Positions 1 through 10,438 of a DNA stretch of 64,000 bases are shown piece after piece. The DNA is taken from positions 26,403 through 90,402 of the IMG/VR virus record IMGVR_UViG_3300012668_000143, one strand, 5' to 3'. The DNA is from a virus. How positions within the stretch are numbered: position 1 is the first letter of the stretch; each line of letters starts with the position of its first letter. Made by a program: the position numbers and the translations under genes. A model generated the notes under the pieces. It was not told where the DNA came from. It worked only from the letters and a program-made list of their open reading frames with translations, and made no database searches.

Positions 1-2
1 AG

Positions 3-1328
3 GGACAGACCGAAGCCGGGGCGCTGGCTAAGTTCGACAAGGAATACGCCGACCTGATAACTAAGCTAAAGATCGGAAAGGATGATGTCGGCCAGGGTAA
101 GGTAAACGAATTGCGGCAACGTACAGGTGCGCAGGCACAGTTCAACGAGGCGCTGTCGGTTAGTTCGGAGTTGTATCAGAAACTTGGATTGGAGGAAGAG
201 CGTATCGCGCTGTCGCGACAAATAGGTGCGATCACAGAGCTTGATGCGCTGCTACTTACCGGCGCCGCCAGGCAGCAAAAGCTGGTTCAAATAAAAATGG
301 AAGTGCAGGCCAACGAGCGGCTGGCGGCGTCCTATCCTGACAACGAGGATTTCGCGATCAAGGCCGAACAAGCGCGCTTCGAACTCGAAAAACTAGCGGC
401 AACAGCCGACGTGCTGGGCGACAAGTTCCGCACCTTGTTTGCGGACAATGTAAGCGGCCCGCTAACCGACTTCATAGATGGCACGAAAACCGCCAAGGAA
501 GCGTTCACGAGTTTCGCCAAAAGTATCACGCATGAACTGAACAGCATGGCCTCGAAAAGCATCGCAGACATGCTGTTCGGGAAAAAAGGGGCAATAGGAG
601 GGGCAATAGGAGGAGTAGGCGACTGGATTGGGAAACTGTTTGGAGGCGGCAAGGCTGAAGCTGGGGCCGGAGCGGAAGGCGGTGGTTTGGCCGGCGTCGG
701 CAATGATCTGTTCAGCGCGTTTGCCGGGACGGGCGCAGCAGCACCGGGCGCGAGCACAGGCGTCATGTCTACACTGCTCGGCAGTCTAGCCGGCGGCAAG
801 AAAGGTGATGCGCCGAACAATCCGATGTACGTCAAAAGCGTTGATCTACTTGCCATGGCTGGCGGGGCCGGGCTAAGCAGTGTGATACCAGGAACGTCAG
901 GTGGCGGTGGTGGAGGATTGATCGATGCCGGAATAAAGATCGCGTCCAGTTATTTCGGCAGTACGGGCGGCGCGACTGGTGCGACCAGTTTTGCCGGAGG
1001 AGCTGATTCAGTCGCAGCAGAGAATTTCTTCAGCATGTTCGCCGAAGCCGCAGCCGGAGCAGCAACCGGCGGCGAGACTACGCCGGGCTGGTTCATGGCC
1101 GGCGAGGAAGGCCGGGAGTTGATCCGCACCAAAGGCGGCGCGCGTGTCTACAACAACCGCGACACGGAAAAGATGCTCGGTGCCTCTGCGCAGAAGCCGA
1201 GCGAGACAGTCGTAAATCACAATTACAACATCACGGTGGCGCCTCCGGTTGGCTCGGATCGGAGAACCGCGCTGCAATGGGGAGAATCTGTCGGGCAGCA
1301 GATTAGAGGGTCTGGGAGGAATTCCTGA
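3..1328 (+). CDS. Tail tape measure protein, C-terminal part (5' end outside window)
   Basis: Frame is open from the window edge. Ala/Gly-rich helical sequence ending in GGETTPGWFMAGEEGRELI, a typical TMP C-terminal motif; lies directly upstream of tail-tip genes. Confidence 0.85.
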   Translation, partial: GQTEAGALAKFDKEYADLITKLKIGKDDVGQGKVNELRQRTGAQAQFNEALSVSSELYQKLGLEEERIALSRQIGAITELDALLLTGAARQQKLVQIKMEVQANERLAASYPDNEDFAIKAEQARFELEKLAATADVLGDKFRTLFADNVSGPLTDFIDGTKTAKEAFTSFAKSITHELNSMASKSIADMLFGKKGAIGGAIGGVGDWIGKLFGGGKAEAGAGAEGGGLAGVGNDLFSAFAGTGAAAPGASTGVMSTLLGSLAGGKKGDAPNNPMYVKSVDLLAMAGGAGLSSVIPGTSGGGGGGLIDAGIKIASSYFGSTGGATGATSFAGGADSVAAENFFSMFAEAAAGAATGGETTPGWFMAGEEGRELIRTKGGARVYNNRDTEKMLGASAQKPSETVVNHNYNITVAPPVGSDRRTALQWGESVGQQIRGSGRNS

Positions 1329-1993
1329 TGGCGTTTTTAGACGACATGATTTTCCCGCAGATTGTCTCTATGGGCGAATTCGAAGGCGATATCGAGCGCC
1401 TTAGCGTCGCCGGTACCAATCAAGGCGGATTCAGGCAGACGATTCTCGTGTGGGATCGCTCGCTGCGCACCTATCAGGCCGGACTTGTCGTGCGCCCGTT
1501 GAGCCAGTGGGTCGAGATCGAGCAATTCTGGGAATCGTGCGACGGCAATGCGCACGCGTGGCGGTTGCAAGACCCGTTTGGCTACACGTGCGCTACCGGC
1601 GATGGCCTTCTCTGGCCGATAGACATAGATGGAAACCCGGTTGACGATGTAGGGTTCGGTAACGATGGCGCGGAGTATCGGTTGTTTCGGCAGGGCGGCA
1701 ATCCGTTGCATCCGAAGTACCGCGAGATTCAAAAACCGTTCGGAACGATCGTCGTAAGGAAGAACGGCAGCAGCGTCGGAGGCGCTGCTGCCGTGGACAT
1801 GAATACCGGCATCGTCACATTTTCCGGGACACCGCCATCGCCAGGCGACGAACTCACGTGGTCTGGAAACTTCCACACGCCGGCACAGTTTATCGATACC
1901 AAACTCAAACGCGCTGTCAAAGCCAGGCAGCAAGGCGGCGAGTTGTTGGTAAACACGCCGAGCATCATCATCGTCGAGGCGCGGCTGCCGTGA
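1328..1993 (+). CDS. DUF2460 family distal tail protein (GTA-like)
   Basis: Motifs WDRSLRTYQ, FWESCDGNAHAWRLQDP, VDMNTGIVTFS..P.PG..LTWSGNFHTPAQF; position after TMP. Confidence 0.85.
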   Translation: MAFLDDMIFPQIVSMGEFEGDIERLSVAGTNQGGFRQTILVWDRSLRTYQAGLVVRPLSQWVEIEQFWESCDGNAHAWRLQDPFGYTCATGDGLLWPIDIDGNPVDDVGFGNDGAEYRLFRQGGNPLHPKYREIQKPFGTIVVRKNGSSVGGAAAVDMNTGIVTFSGTPPSPGDELTWSGNFHTPAQFIDTKLKRAVKARQQGGELLVNTPSIIIVEARLP

Positions 1994-2868
1994 GAAACGT
2001 CCCGCTAGCTAGACGCGAATACTTGGCGAAAGGGGATTTGACCGAAGCGCGTATCTGGCGTGTCGTGCGCAAGGACGGGCAGGTTTTCACGTTTGCATCC
2101 ATCGACATTGATCTAAAGGTTGATGGATTGACCTATTCAGCGGCGACCGGATTCAGTGCCTCAGCAGTATCAAATACAGGCAGCCTTGCGGTTGATAACC
2201 TCGAAGTCGCTGGCTTCATGCATTCAGCATCGATCACTGATGCGGATATCGTGGCTGGACGGTGGGATGCGGCGACAGTCTACGTCGCCGATGTGAACTA
2301 TCGCAACGTCACGCAGGGTCGTACGGTCGTTGCGACCGGCTTTGTTGGAAACGTCAATTCCGGACTGATTGGGTTCTCGGTTGAATGCCGAGGACTATCG
2401 CAATTACTCTCGCAGAATATCGGACGGACTGTTACCGCGTCGTGCGATGCCAACGTGTTCGACGCGCGCTGCGGGCTTGATCCGGCGCCGTATCTGGTGA
2501 CAGGCATAGTCACAGCGAGCGCCGATCACAAGCACTTTGCGGATACGAGCATCACGCACGCAAGCGGCTGGTTCGATTTTGGATTGGTGACGTGGACATC
2601 TGGAGCGAATGTAGGATTGTCCCAGGAAATAAAACGGCAAGAGCTAGGAAATTTCACGCTCCAACTAAGGATGCCTTACGTGATCGCCCCAGGTGATACC
2701 TATTCGATGCTGCCGGGATGCAATAAATTGCTCAAGGGTGGATCGTCTGGTGATCTCGGCGAATACAACGGCGATTGCAAGGTGAAATATAACAACGTCG
2801 TCAACTTCCGAGGGCATCCAGAGGTGCCACGGTTGAATCGCACGATAGGGGAAGCGAATGCCCCTTAG
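1990..2868 (+). CDS. DUF2163/BR0599-type tail hub protein
   Basis: GTGA overlap with the upstream stop; R.DG..FTF, C.A.VFD.RCG, GWFDFGLVTWTSGAN.G, PGCNK...C..KYNNVVNFRG.P motifs. Confidence 0.85.
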   Translation: MRNVPLARREYLAKGDLTEARIWRVVRKDGQVFTFASIDIDLKVDGLTYSAATGFSASAVSNTGSLAVDNLEVAGFMHSASITDADIVAGRWDAATVYVADVNYRNVTQGRTVVATGFVGNVNSGLIGFSVECRGLSQLLSQNIGRTVTASCDANVFDARCGLDPAPYLVTGIVTASADHKHFADTSITHASGWFDFGLVTWTSGANVGLSQEIKRQELGNFTLQLRMPYVIAPGDTYSMLPGCNKLLKGGSSGDLGEYNGDCKVKYNNVVNFRGHPEVPRLNRTIGEANAP

Positions 2869-3289
2869 CCGTGCCCAGGTCGTGGCCGAAGCGAGAAGCT
2901 GGCTGAAAACGCGGCATGTGCATCAAGGACGAACAAAGGGTGTCGGCGTCGATTGTGTAGGTCTGCTTACTGGCAGTGCGGCGGCACTCGGGCAGTCTAC
3001 TTATGATCGCACCGATTATGCGCCATTGGGGGATATGTCGCACCTCGTCGGCTTGCTCGACGAGCACGCGCTACGCATCCAGAGCACGGAGATTCAACCG
3101 GCGGATATTGTTGTGCTCGATATCAACGGGCAGCCGCACCTTGGCATTCTTGGCGACTATCCGATAGGCGGTCAACTGACGCTGATTCATGCGCTGGTCG
3201 CGCGTGGCGAGGTGGTCGAGCACCGGCTGGATTCGGTATGGCGTCGCAGGATCATTGGTGCGTGGAAGTGGCCTGATGTCGAGGTTTAA
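2858..3289 (+). CDS. Phage NlpC/P60 family tail-associated peptidase
   Basis: ARSWLKTRHVHQGR.KGVGVDCVGL (catalytic Cys), HLGIL and LIHA His residues. Confidence 0.9.
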   Translation: MPLSRAQVVAEARSWLKTRHVHQGRTKGVGVDCVGLLTGSAAALGQSTYDRTDYAPLGDMSHLVGLLDEHALRIQSTEIQPADIVVLDINGQPHLGILGDYPIGGQLTLIHALVARGEVVEHRLDSVWRRRIIGAWKWPDVEV

Positions 3290-6200
3290 GTGAGTGCCTG
3301 GGGACTGGCTCTAGGGGTCGTCGGAGCGGTTGCCGGCAGTCTTATCTTGCCTGGAGTAGGCACGCAGCTCGGATGGTCTATAGGCGCTGCTTCAGGAGCC
3401 GGGATCGGGTGGGCAGTAGGGTCGGCGGTTGGCGGCATGATGGATGTGCGCAACACGACACTGCGCCGAACCGGGCCGACACTCAGCGATTTAGACATCC
3501 AGCCATCGATCTATGGTGGTTTGGTGCCGATACATTTCGGCACCGTGGCGGCTATAGGCATCCCGATTGATCTCGACAGAATCAAGGCACACGAACATAC
3601 AGAATCGTCAGGTGGAGGAGGAAAGGGCGGCGGTGGCGGCGGATCAGAGACCACGACCACTACCTACACCGCATCGGTGGCGATCATGTTCGGCGAGGGT
3701 GTGTGTCTTGGCATCCGCAGGATATGGATGGACGGCAAATTATGGTTTGCGGTCGCGGATGATGCAAGCGCGGAAACCATTATAGCCAGCTCAGCCAACT
3801 CTGGAACATTCAAATTCTATTCCGGTACGGAAACGCAATTGCCAGACCCAACGCTTGAAGCGATGCACGGCGTTGGCAATGTATCGGCCTATAGGGGTGA
3901 AGCGTATGTCGTTTTCACCGACAACGCGGAAATCCTGAATGGGAATGCATTGCGGCAGTTGAAGTTCGAGCTGGTGTATTCGGGGTCTATTGGGATAGCT
4001 AATCGTAAGTGGGGAAAGGGGCCGGCGTCAGCCGGGAATCTGGCAAACGGCGGGCCGCAGTCGTTTATCGAGAGCGATGGAGACGAAATAATCTTCATGC
4101 GACATCGGGCTGGGACACCGGATGCGTACGAGGTGTGGTCGATTACGCCGGTGTCACAAACGCGGAGCAATGGTTTTTCTATTTCGGATATGTCCGGTTA
4201 TCCTGGCCCATCGGCAGGCGCGGCGGATGAAGTAGGACATCTGCGTGCATGGCTAGTGGAGGACGTTTTTCAGGGTGTATACCGCTGGATCAGGCCGGAT
4301 GGCAGCTTTGCAAGCTACGAGACCGGTCTCGACTTTATTGCGTTCGAGCCGGTCAATACGTTGGCGTTTTCGAAGCTGGGAAGTGACATGCTCCTGCTCG
4401 GTGCGCACTCAGCGACGGTGACGACGTATACCCAGGTAAAACTATTCCATGGGCCATCAGTTAGCGGTAGCGCTATCCCAAATATTAATGTGACGCGCGA
4501 CTTTGTGGCGGATTTGGCAGTCGGAGAGACGATCTGGGCCGTGGTTCTGACGACCACGAGCGCTTGGGTAATGTCGGTGAATTCTGCTGGTGCCGGCGCG
4601 TACATCCTGCGCAAATGCAGTTTGTCAGACCTCTCGACGCTGAGCACGGTCACGCACGCATTTACCGGCATCATACCCGGCGGCACAGGAGAGCAGTTCG
4701 GGTCATTGTTCGCAGGCGACACCGAAATCTGTCTCGCGGGCGACATTTTTTACATGCGGTGCCGCAACCCGTCTGCTGCCGGGAACTATTTCATTCTGAA
4801 AGTCGATGCAGATGGAGGCATAAGCATCGAAGGCAGCGATGGGATCGGCGCGGCGGTTGTTGCAGGCACGGGTATCGGGCCGGACATTGGCGCCGGTAGC
4901 AGCGGCGTTGGTGCCCAAGTCAGCTTATATGGTAGTGCGTTTGGCTACAATCCGTCAACCAAAGTGGCAACGTTCATGGCGAACGAAAACCTTGGGCCGG
5001 ATTACTTGGTGTGGCCGTATAGCGTGAATATGGGAGCAATCTCTAGCACGTGGCCGACAGATGGAGAAGTTATTGCGGCCATTTCACAGCGCGCCGGATA
5101 TACGCCGGAACAGATCGATGTCGCTCAGATGACCGACCCGCTGCATGGGTATTCCATACTGTCGGTCGGCACCGGACGGACATCGATCGAGCCATTGTGC
5201 AAATACGGGCTGGCCGATCCGGTAGATTCGGACGGCAAGACAAAATATATCAAACGCGGCGGGCCACCGCTATTTACTGTCAACTTCGACGACCTTTGTG
5301 CACATGAAATAGGCTCGCAAATGCCGGAGCCGTTCGCTGCAACACGGCGGCAAGAGCTAGAGCTGCCGCGTTCGTTGGTAGTCAACTTCAAGAATCCGCT
5401 GGCGGATTACGACTTCGGTAGCGAGCGCAGTCCGCAGCGAGCGACGCTGAGCCAAAACGATGTGGTGGACGATTTGCCGATCGTTATGTTGCCGCAAAAG
5501 GCAGCGGAACTGGCATCTGCGCTGTACTTCGATCAGATCATTCAGCGCACACCACGCACCTTTTATGTGCTGAAAAAGTTCGAGCACGTCGAACCGACCG
5601 ATCCAGGCTGGGTGGAATATCCGCGCGGCACGTTCAATCCGGTGCGCATCGTCAAGCGCGAAGAAAACGGCCCGGTGCTCAAGTTCGATAGCGTGCCGGA
5701 AGATGCTGACGCTTACACGCCGAATGTCGTAGCATCGTCGGTAGTTACTGCGCAGACCAGCCTATCGCTGCGAGGGCCTACAACGTTTGTGCCGCTCGAT
5801 ATTCCGATCCTGCGCGATGCGGACGACGACGCAGGTTTTTATGCGCCTATGAGCCGCAATACGGTGACGTGGAGCGGTGCCGTGCTCGCTCGCAGCATAG
5901 ACGACGTGACTTATGCGGATATCGGCACCGTAACTACGAGCGCTGTCATCGGCTGGGCAGATACGGTACTTGCAGACTGGACTGGCGGCAATGTGTTCGA
6001 TGAAATCCACACACTCGATGTATCCATCGGAACGGTCGGAGCGCTTAGCAGTGCGACACGCGATGTGGTGCTCGATACAGGCGCGAATGCGGCAGTAGTC
6101 GGATCAGATGGGAGATGGGAGATCATTCAATTCCGCGCTGCTACCTTGGTATCGCCAAACAAGTATCGGCTTTCCAGCCTGTTGCGTGGGCGGCGCGGAA

Positions 6201-6718
6201 CTGAGTGGGCGATGGGCACCCATACTATCGGAGATCGGTTCGCATTGCTCGGCACGTCAGGTACGTTGCGCCCGAACGAGGGCAACATGGCGCTCAACTC
6301 GCGGCGTTATTACAAGCCGGTCAGCATTGGCCGCTCATTGGCAAAGACCTATGCGCAGCAGTTCACCAATACCGGCGTTGGTCTTAAGCCGTTTAGCCCG
6401 GTAAATTTGCGCGGAACACGGGACGGCAGCGGCAATCTTACTGTAACGTGTGATCGGCGCACGCGCCTCGCGATCTTCAGTCGCAGCGTACCCGTGCCGC
6501 TTGGAGAAGCATCAGAGCTTTATGATATGGACATATTCTCTGACAGCACGTACACGACGATAAAGCGGACATTAAGCAATGTCGGCTCATCCGGATTAGG
6601 ATATTCTGGATCGGATCAGATAGCCGAGTTTGGCAGCGTGCAAGCGGTCGTGTATGTCAAGGTCTATATGAAATCAGCAATCGTTGGTCGCGGCTACGCG
6701 GCCTCGCGAGGAGTCTAG
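3290..6718 (+). CDS. Tail tip / host-specificity protein (phage-tail_3 / GTA-like)
   Basis: YGGLVPIHFGT, IRRIWMDGKL, FYSGTETQLPDP, AYRGEAYVVF, GRWEIIQFR, LLRGRRGTEWA motifs; 1142 aa. Confidence 0.85.
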   Translation: MSAWGLALGVVGAVAGSLILPGVGTQLGWSIGAASGAGIGWAVGSAVGGMMDVRNTTLRRTGPTLSDLDIQPSIYGGLVPIHFGTVAAIGIPIDLDRIKAHEHTESSGGGGKGGGGGGSETTTTTYTASVAIMFGEGVCLGIRRIWMDGKLWFAVADDASAETIIASSANSGTFKFYSGTETQLPDPTLEAMHGVGNVSAYRGEAYVVFTDNAEILNGNALRQLKFELVYSGSIGIANRKWGKGPASAGNLANGGPQSFIESDGDEIIFMRHRAGTPDAYEVWSITPVSQTRSNGFSISDMSGYPGPSAGAADEVGHLRAWLVEDVFQGVYRWIRPDGSFASYETGLDFIAFEPVNTLAFSKLGSDMLLLGAHSATVTTYTQVKLFHGPSVSGSAIPNINVTRDFVADLAVGETIWAVVLTTTSAWVMSVNSAGAGAYILRKCSLSDLSTLSTVTHAFTGIIPGGTGEQFGSLFAGDTEICLAGDIFYMRCRNPSAAGNYFILKVDADGGISIEGSDGIGAAVVAGTGIGPDIGAGSSGVGAQVSLYGSAFGYNPSTKVATFMANENLGPDYLVWPYSVNMGAISSTWPTDGEVIAAISQRAGYTPEQIDVAQMTDPLHGYSILSVGTGRTSIEPLCKYGLADPVDSDGKTKYIKRGGPPLFTVNFDDLCAHEIGSQMPEPFAATRRQELELPRSLVVNFKNPLADYDFGSERSPQRATLSQNDVVDDLPIVMLPQKAAELASALYFDQIIQRTPRTFYVLKKFEHVEPTDPGWVEYPRGTFNPVRIVKREENGPVLKFDSVPEDADAYTPNVVASSVVTAQTSLSLRGPTTFVPLDIPILRDADDDAGFYAPMSRNTVTWSGAVLARSIDDVTYADIGTVTTSAVIGWADTVLADWTGGNVFDEIHTLDVSIGTVGALSSATRDVVLDTGANAAVVGSDGRWEIIQFRAATLVSPNKYRLSSLLRGRRGTEWAMGTHTIGDRFALLGTSGTLRPNEGNMALNSRRYYKPVSIGRSLAKTYAQQFTNTGVGLKPFSPVNLRGTRDGSGNLTVTCDRRTRLAIFSRSVPVPLGEASELYDMDIFSDSTYTTIKRTLSNVGSSGLGYSGSDQIAEFGSVQAVVYVKVYMKSAIVGRGYAASRGV

Positions 6719-6722
6719 CTAG

Positions 6723-8693
6723 ATGGCAGATTCAGGAACAACCAATATCCCGCAGTTGTCCCCGTCGCAAGCCAATCTTGAGCTGCGGTTAAATGAGATA
6801 ACTGCTGCTGGCAGTCCAGCGTTGATGTATGGCGTCGATCCGGCTACAACGACGGGATTGGTATTTGGATGGATAGGCGGCAGATGGGGCGGATTTGCCG
6901 TGCCGAATGGATCGGCAGTGCTCACGGCGAGTACTACGCAATATCAAGTCGTGGCAATCGCCACGGGCGCGCCGTCATTCTCTACTGGGACGACCAATTG
7001 GAACGACAGTACGAACTATGTGCGGACATACAAGATTACCGTAGGCACGTCCAGCCTGACTTATGAAGATCACCGTGGCGGGCCAGGCGGGATTAACGGA
7101 GGCAGCGCTGGAGGCACAGGCGTAGGTAGCGTAACCAGCGTCGCACTCACGCCGCCCGCCGCAGGCATTACTGGCTCGGTGGCAGACGCAACCACGACAC
7201 CGGTCATAACGCTGGGGTTGGCGAATGATCTTGCTGCCGTAGAGGGCTTGGCAGCGACAGGGATCGTGCGGCGTACAGCAACCGATACATGGTCTGCCGG
7301 AACCGCCGTAAGTCTCACCACAGAAGTGAGCGGCGTACTGCCGATTGCCAATATCGCGACCGGCACGCCAACCGGAACGAAGTTCGTGCGTGACGACGGG
7401 ACGCTTGCGATACCTGCCGGAACTGGCGGTGATGCGTTGACATCCAATCCGATGAGTCAATTTGCAGCGACTACCAGCGCACAACTAGCTGGCGTAATGA
7501 CCAACGAAACCGGCTCTGGCGCGTTGGTGTTCGCTACCTCGCCGACGTTGGTTACGCCAGTACTAGGAACGCCTGCAAGCGGCACACTGACGAACTGTAC
7601 GGGCCTGCCGGTGGCCGGAGGAGGAACGGGTATCGCCGCGCTGACGGTCTACGCGCCAGTGTTCGGCGGCACGACAACGACTGGGGCGGTACAGAGCGGA
7701 ACGGTAGGCACATCGGGCCAGGTGCTCACGTCCAATGGAGCCGGTGCACTGCCGACGTTTCAGGCGGCTGGCGGCGGTGCCAGCCTGTCGAACTGGACGG
7801 AAGGCGTAGCTACTGCGTCGCCCAACAACACTGTTCCAGTAGTCTCGCTGACAGTTAGCAATGCCGCCTCATCGGTAGACGCGGCGATCATCCCGAAGGC
7901 ATTAGGCGCCTTGCTAGGGGCAATCCCGGACGGAACTACGACCGGAGGCGATAAGCGCGGGCAGCGCGCGGTTGATTGGCAATTGTCGAGAACAACGGCT
8001 GCGCAAGTAGCTAGTGGCTTGGCGGCAGTGCTCGCCGGTGGCGCTGAGAATAAAGCCAGCGGGAACTATTCATCTGGCGGTGGTGGTTTTGGCAATTCAT
8101 TAACCAATCACTATACAAGCAACCCAGGCGGGCAGGGCAACATTATCAGTGGGTACGGAGCGACCGTCCTCGGCGGCACCAGTAATGTTGGGAGCGGGGA
8201 TTACTCCACAGCCGGCGGGACGTGTGCCACGACTCGCGGTATCCAGGGGATGCAGGCGTTCGCGCCTGGCAAATTAAATGTAGTAGGTGATGCCCAATCT
8301 GGCGCCTATATTTTATATAACCAAACTACCAATGCCACGCCAAAAACACTAACGGCCAACACCGGAGCGGCCACGACTACTAACAGTATGGTTCTGCCGA
8401 ACAATGCCGCGTTTAGCTTTATCGGACAACTCGTGGGACGCTGCAACGCCAGCGGAGACGCATCATCGTGGCGGCTTGAGGGACTTATCAAGCGAGGCGC
8501 GAATGCGGCATCGACGGCATTGGTCAGTGCCGTTACGCCTGGGCTGATAGCACAGGATGCGGGTGCATCTGCGTGGGCGGTAACTGTCACAGCGGACACG
8601 ACGAATGGCGGGCTGAACATAGCCGTTACCGGGGTTGCAGCAACCACGATAAATTGGGTGGTGGTTGTCCGCACTGCGGAAATAGTTGGTTGA
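6723..8693 (+). CDS. Tail fibre / receptor-binding protein
   Basis: Gly/Thr/Ala-rich, 656 aa; segments such as TNETGSGALVFATSPTLVTP.LGTPASG.LTNCTGLP are common in tail fibres; follows the tail tip gene. Confidence 0.75.
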   Translation: MADSGTTNIPQLSPSQANLELRLNEITAAGSPALMYGVDPATTTGLVFGWIGGRWGGFAVPNGSAVLTASTTQYQVVAIATGAPSFSTGTTNWNDSTNYVRTYKITVGTSSLTYEDHRGGPGGINGGSAGGTGVGSVTSVALTPPAAGITGSVADATTTPVITLGLANDLAAVEGLAATGIVRRTATDTWSAGTAVSLTTEVSGVLPIANIATGTPTGTKFVRDDGTLAIPAGTGGDALTSNPMSQFAATTSAQLAGVMTNETGSGALVFATSPTLVTPVLGTPASGTLTNCTGLPVAGGGTGIAALTVYAPVFGGTTTTGAVQSGTVGTSGQVLTSNGAGALPTFQAAGGGASLSNWTEGVATASPNNTVPVVSLTVSNAASSVDAAIIPKALGALLGAIPDGTTTGGDKRGQRAVDWQLSRTTAAQVASGLAAVLAGGAENKASGNYSSGGGGFGNSLTNHYTSNPGGQGNIISGYGATVLGGTSNVGSGDYSTAGGTCATTRGIQGMQAFAPGKLNVVGDAQSGAYILYNQTTNATPKTLTANTGAATTTNSMVLPNNAAFSFIGQLVGRCNASGDASSWRLEGLIKRGANAASTALVSAVTPGLIAQDAGASAWAVTVTADTTNGGLNIAVTGVAATTINWVVVVRTAEIVG

Positions 8694-8759
8694 TGGCCTA
8701 CAGAGAATGTAGAAATCATGTTCACTAGAGCCAACCGTCGCTCCGAAGTAAGCGTGGAT

Positions 8760-9044
8760 ATGCCAGATTCAAGCGGTATCGGCGCGATCATTGATCTCAA
8801 TAAGCAATTGGATAGAATCTACAAAGCGATGGTCGGGCACGGCAAACTGCAAAAGCAGCAGCACGAAGAATGGACATCAGAGATGGCATTACTCCAAAAC
8901 GAGGTGCTTGCGACGCGACTAAAGATAGCTGCGATCAACAAGGCGCTGGAAAATAGTTTGGATTCCCACGCGACGAAAAATAAAGAGCTGAGGATGTTGC
9001 GCGAGCTTGGAGGGCGCAGGGCGAGCGATAAAAGTTCGCGGTGA
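8760..9044 (+). CDS. Hypothetical coiled-coil protein upstream of endolysin
   Basis: Clean ORF in operon position between fibre and lysin; no TM segment seen. Confidence 0.55.
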   Translation: MPDSSGIGAIIDLNKQLDRIYKAMVGHGKLQKQQHEEWTSEMALLQNEVLATRLKIAAINKALENSLDSHATKNKELRMLRELGGRRASDKSSR

Positions 9045-9247
9045 CCGTTATGTCAGCATCCATTAGACCACTGTTTCTGACGGCACTTGGTCTAGGGGTA
9101 ATAACGTATACAGAAGCCGTGCGGTTGACGAGGCACTGTCAGAGGCAGATTGACGCGCAAAGATGCCTCCCGTTGCCGCGCTCGCTGATTCCGGCGGCAG
9201 ACAAGATTTTGCTGCTGGAGCAGGATGCGAGCGAAACGCGGCATTGA
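9041..9247 (+). CDS. Small protein with one hydrophobic segment (possible holin-like)
   Basis: GTGA overlap with the previous gene; LFLTALGLGVITY hydrophobic stretch; directly before the endolysin. Confidence 0.35.
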   Translation: MTVMSASIRPLFLTALGLGVITYTEAVRLTRHCQRQIDAQRCLPLPRSLIPAADKILLLEQDASETRH

Positions 9248-9264
9248 CGAAGGCGCACGGTTCG

Positions 9265-9822
9265 ATGAAGATGAGTCCGGCCGGACTGCAACTCTTGACA
9301 CTGTGGGAAGGCTCGAAACGTAAGGTCTACACGGATTCTGCCGGGTTGCTGACTATCGGCGTCGGCCATCTGCTGCTGAAGCACGAGATAGTGGCGGACG
9401 CGATCAAGATCGGAGGAAAGCCGGTGCGCCTGAGATATGGTCTGTCAGACATGCAAATCGGCGAGCTGTTGGCGCAAGACCTCGTGCGTTTCGAGGATGC
9501 GATCAACAAGAATGTCAGCGTAACGCTGAGTCAAAATCAGTTCGATGCGCTGGTATCGTTCAGTTTCAACGTCGGGGTCACTGCGTTTCTCAGAAGCTCG
9601 TTGTTGAAGGAGATCAACAGCGGAAATATGGAGGCAGTGCCTAATCAGATGCGCCGCTGGAATACGGTAGGCGGAAAGCCGGTGCAGGGATTGACCAATC
9701 GGCGCGAGAAGGAAATCAGGCTGTGGCTCGGCCAGACACAAGCGCGCGAATCCGCATCGCCAACGTCGGATGGCTGGCAAACGCAACCAGCCAGCGTGTC
9801 CAGCTCCGTGACGGATAGATAG
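9265..9822 (+). CDS. Endolysin, GH24 phage lysozyme
   Basis: WEG..RKVYTDSAGLLTIGVGH (E-8-D-5-T triad), LSQNQFDALVSFSFNVG, GLTNRREKE; unusual C-terminal extension. Confidence 0.92.
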   Translation: MKMSPAGLQLLTLWEGSKRKVYTDSAGLLTIGVGHLLLKHEIVADAIKIGGKPVRLRYGLSDMQIGELLAQDLVRFEDAINKNVSVTLSQNQFDALVSFSFNVGVTAFLRSSLLKEINSGNMEAVPNQMRRWNTVGGKPVQGLTNRREKEIRLWLGQTQARESASPTSDGWQTQPASVSSSVTDR

Positions 9823-10438
9823 CCTGCAACTCGCGCAGCCCGGTCAGCACGGCGTCCTTTCCGACGAGTCTTGCGGCTCCCGCGTCTGCCCGGTATTCAA
9901 AATGGCGGCGCAACGCCAGAAAACCGAGAAGTCCTAGCGCGAACAGCCAAGTGCTGTCGGTCAGTTGCACCAGCAGCGCGTAAGTGCAGGCGTAGGCGAA
10001 CGCAATCATAATATGATGCTCGCGAATGTGCGCGTTCTCGTGCGCGAGGATGCCTTTCAGCCCGTCGTTGCTCATGCTATTCATCAGCCCGCTGGTGACG
10101 TAGATGCGAGAATGACGTGCCATGATGCCAACCGTGTTGGCGTTCTGGTCTGCGTGATCGTAGAGAAAAACCGGATAGGTGGGCGGCATTTGGGACAATA
10201 TCAGCGATAGCCTACAGGTCATTGTGCGATCGCCGGAGCCAACCGGAGCCAGAAAACGCGCCGACAGCGGAGCGCCGGCATAGAAGCCGAAGAGAAACAC
10301 GATGCCGGCTATGGTTTGCGCTGTGGCCTTGTCAGTTGGATTTGGGAACAGGATGGTGGCGAGCCACATTAGAACGCCGGCCAGTTCGAGGAGGAAAAAC
10401 GCGAGGATCAGGCGGCGGAACCACGAAGACGGGATCAT
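9716..10438 (-). CDS. M48 (HtpX-like) membrane zinc metalloprotease
   Basis: Two N-terminal TMs, AHENAH (HExxH), EYRADAGAA, SHPTLAMRI. Confidence 0.88.
   Translation of the reverse strand: MIPSSWFRRLILAFFLLELAGVLMWLATILFPNPTDKATAQTIAGIVFLFGFYAGAPLSARFLAPVGSGDRTMTCRLSLILSQMPPTYPVFLYDHADQNANTVGIMARHSRIYVTSGLMNSMSNDGLKGILAHENAHIREHHIMIAFAYACTYALLVQLTDSTWLFALGLLGFLALRRHFEYRADAGAARLVGKDAVLTGLRELQAIYPSRSWTRWLVAFASHPTLAMRIRALVSGRATA

Noticed and set aside
3290-8693. Diversity-generating retroelement acting on tail genes
   Set aside because: No reverse transcriptase and no template/variable repeat pair seen in the window.
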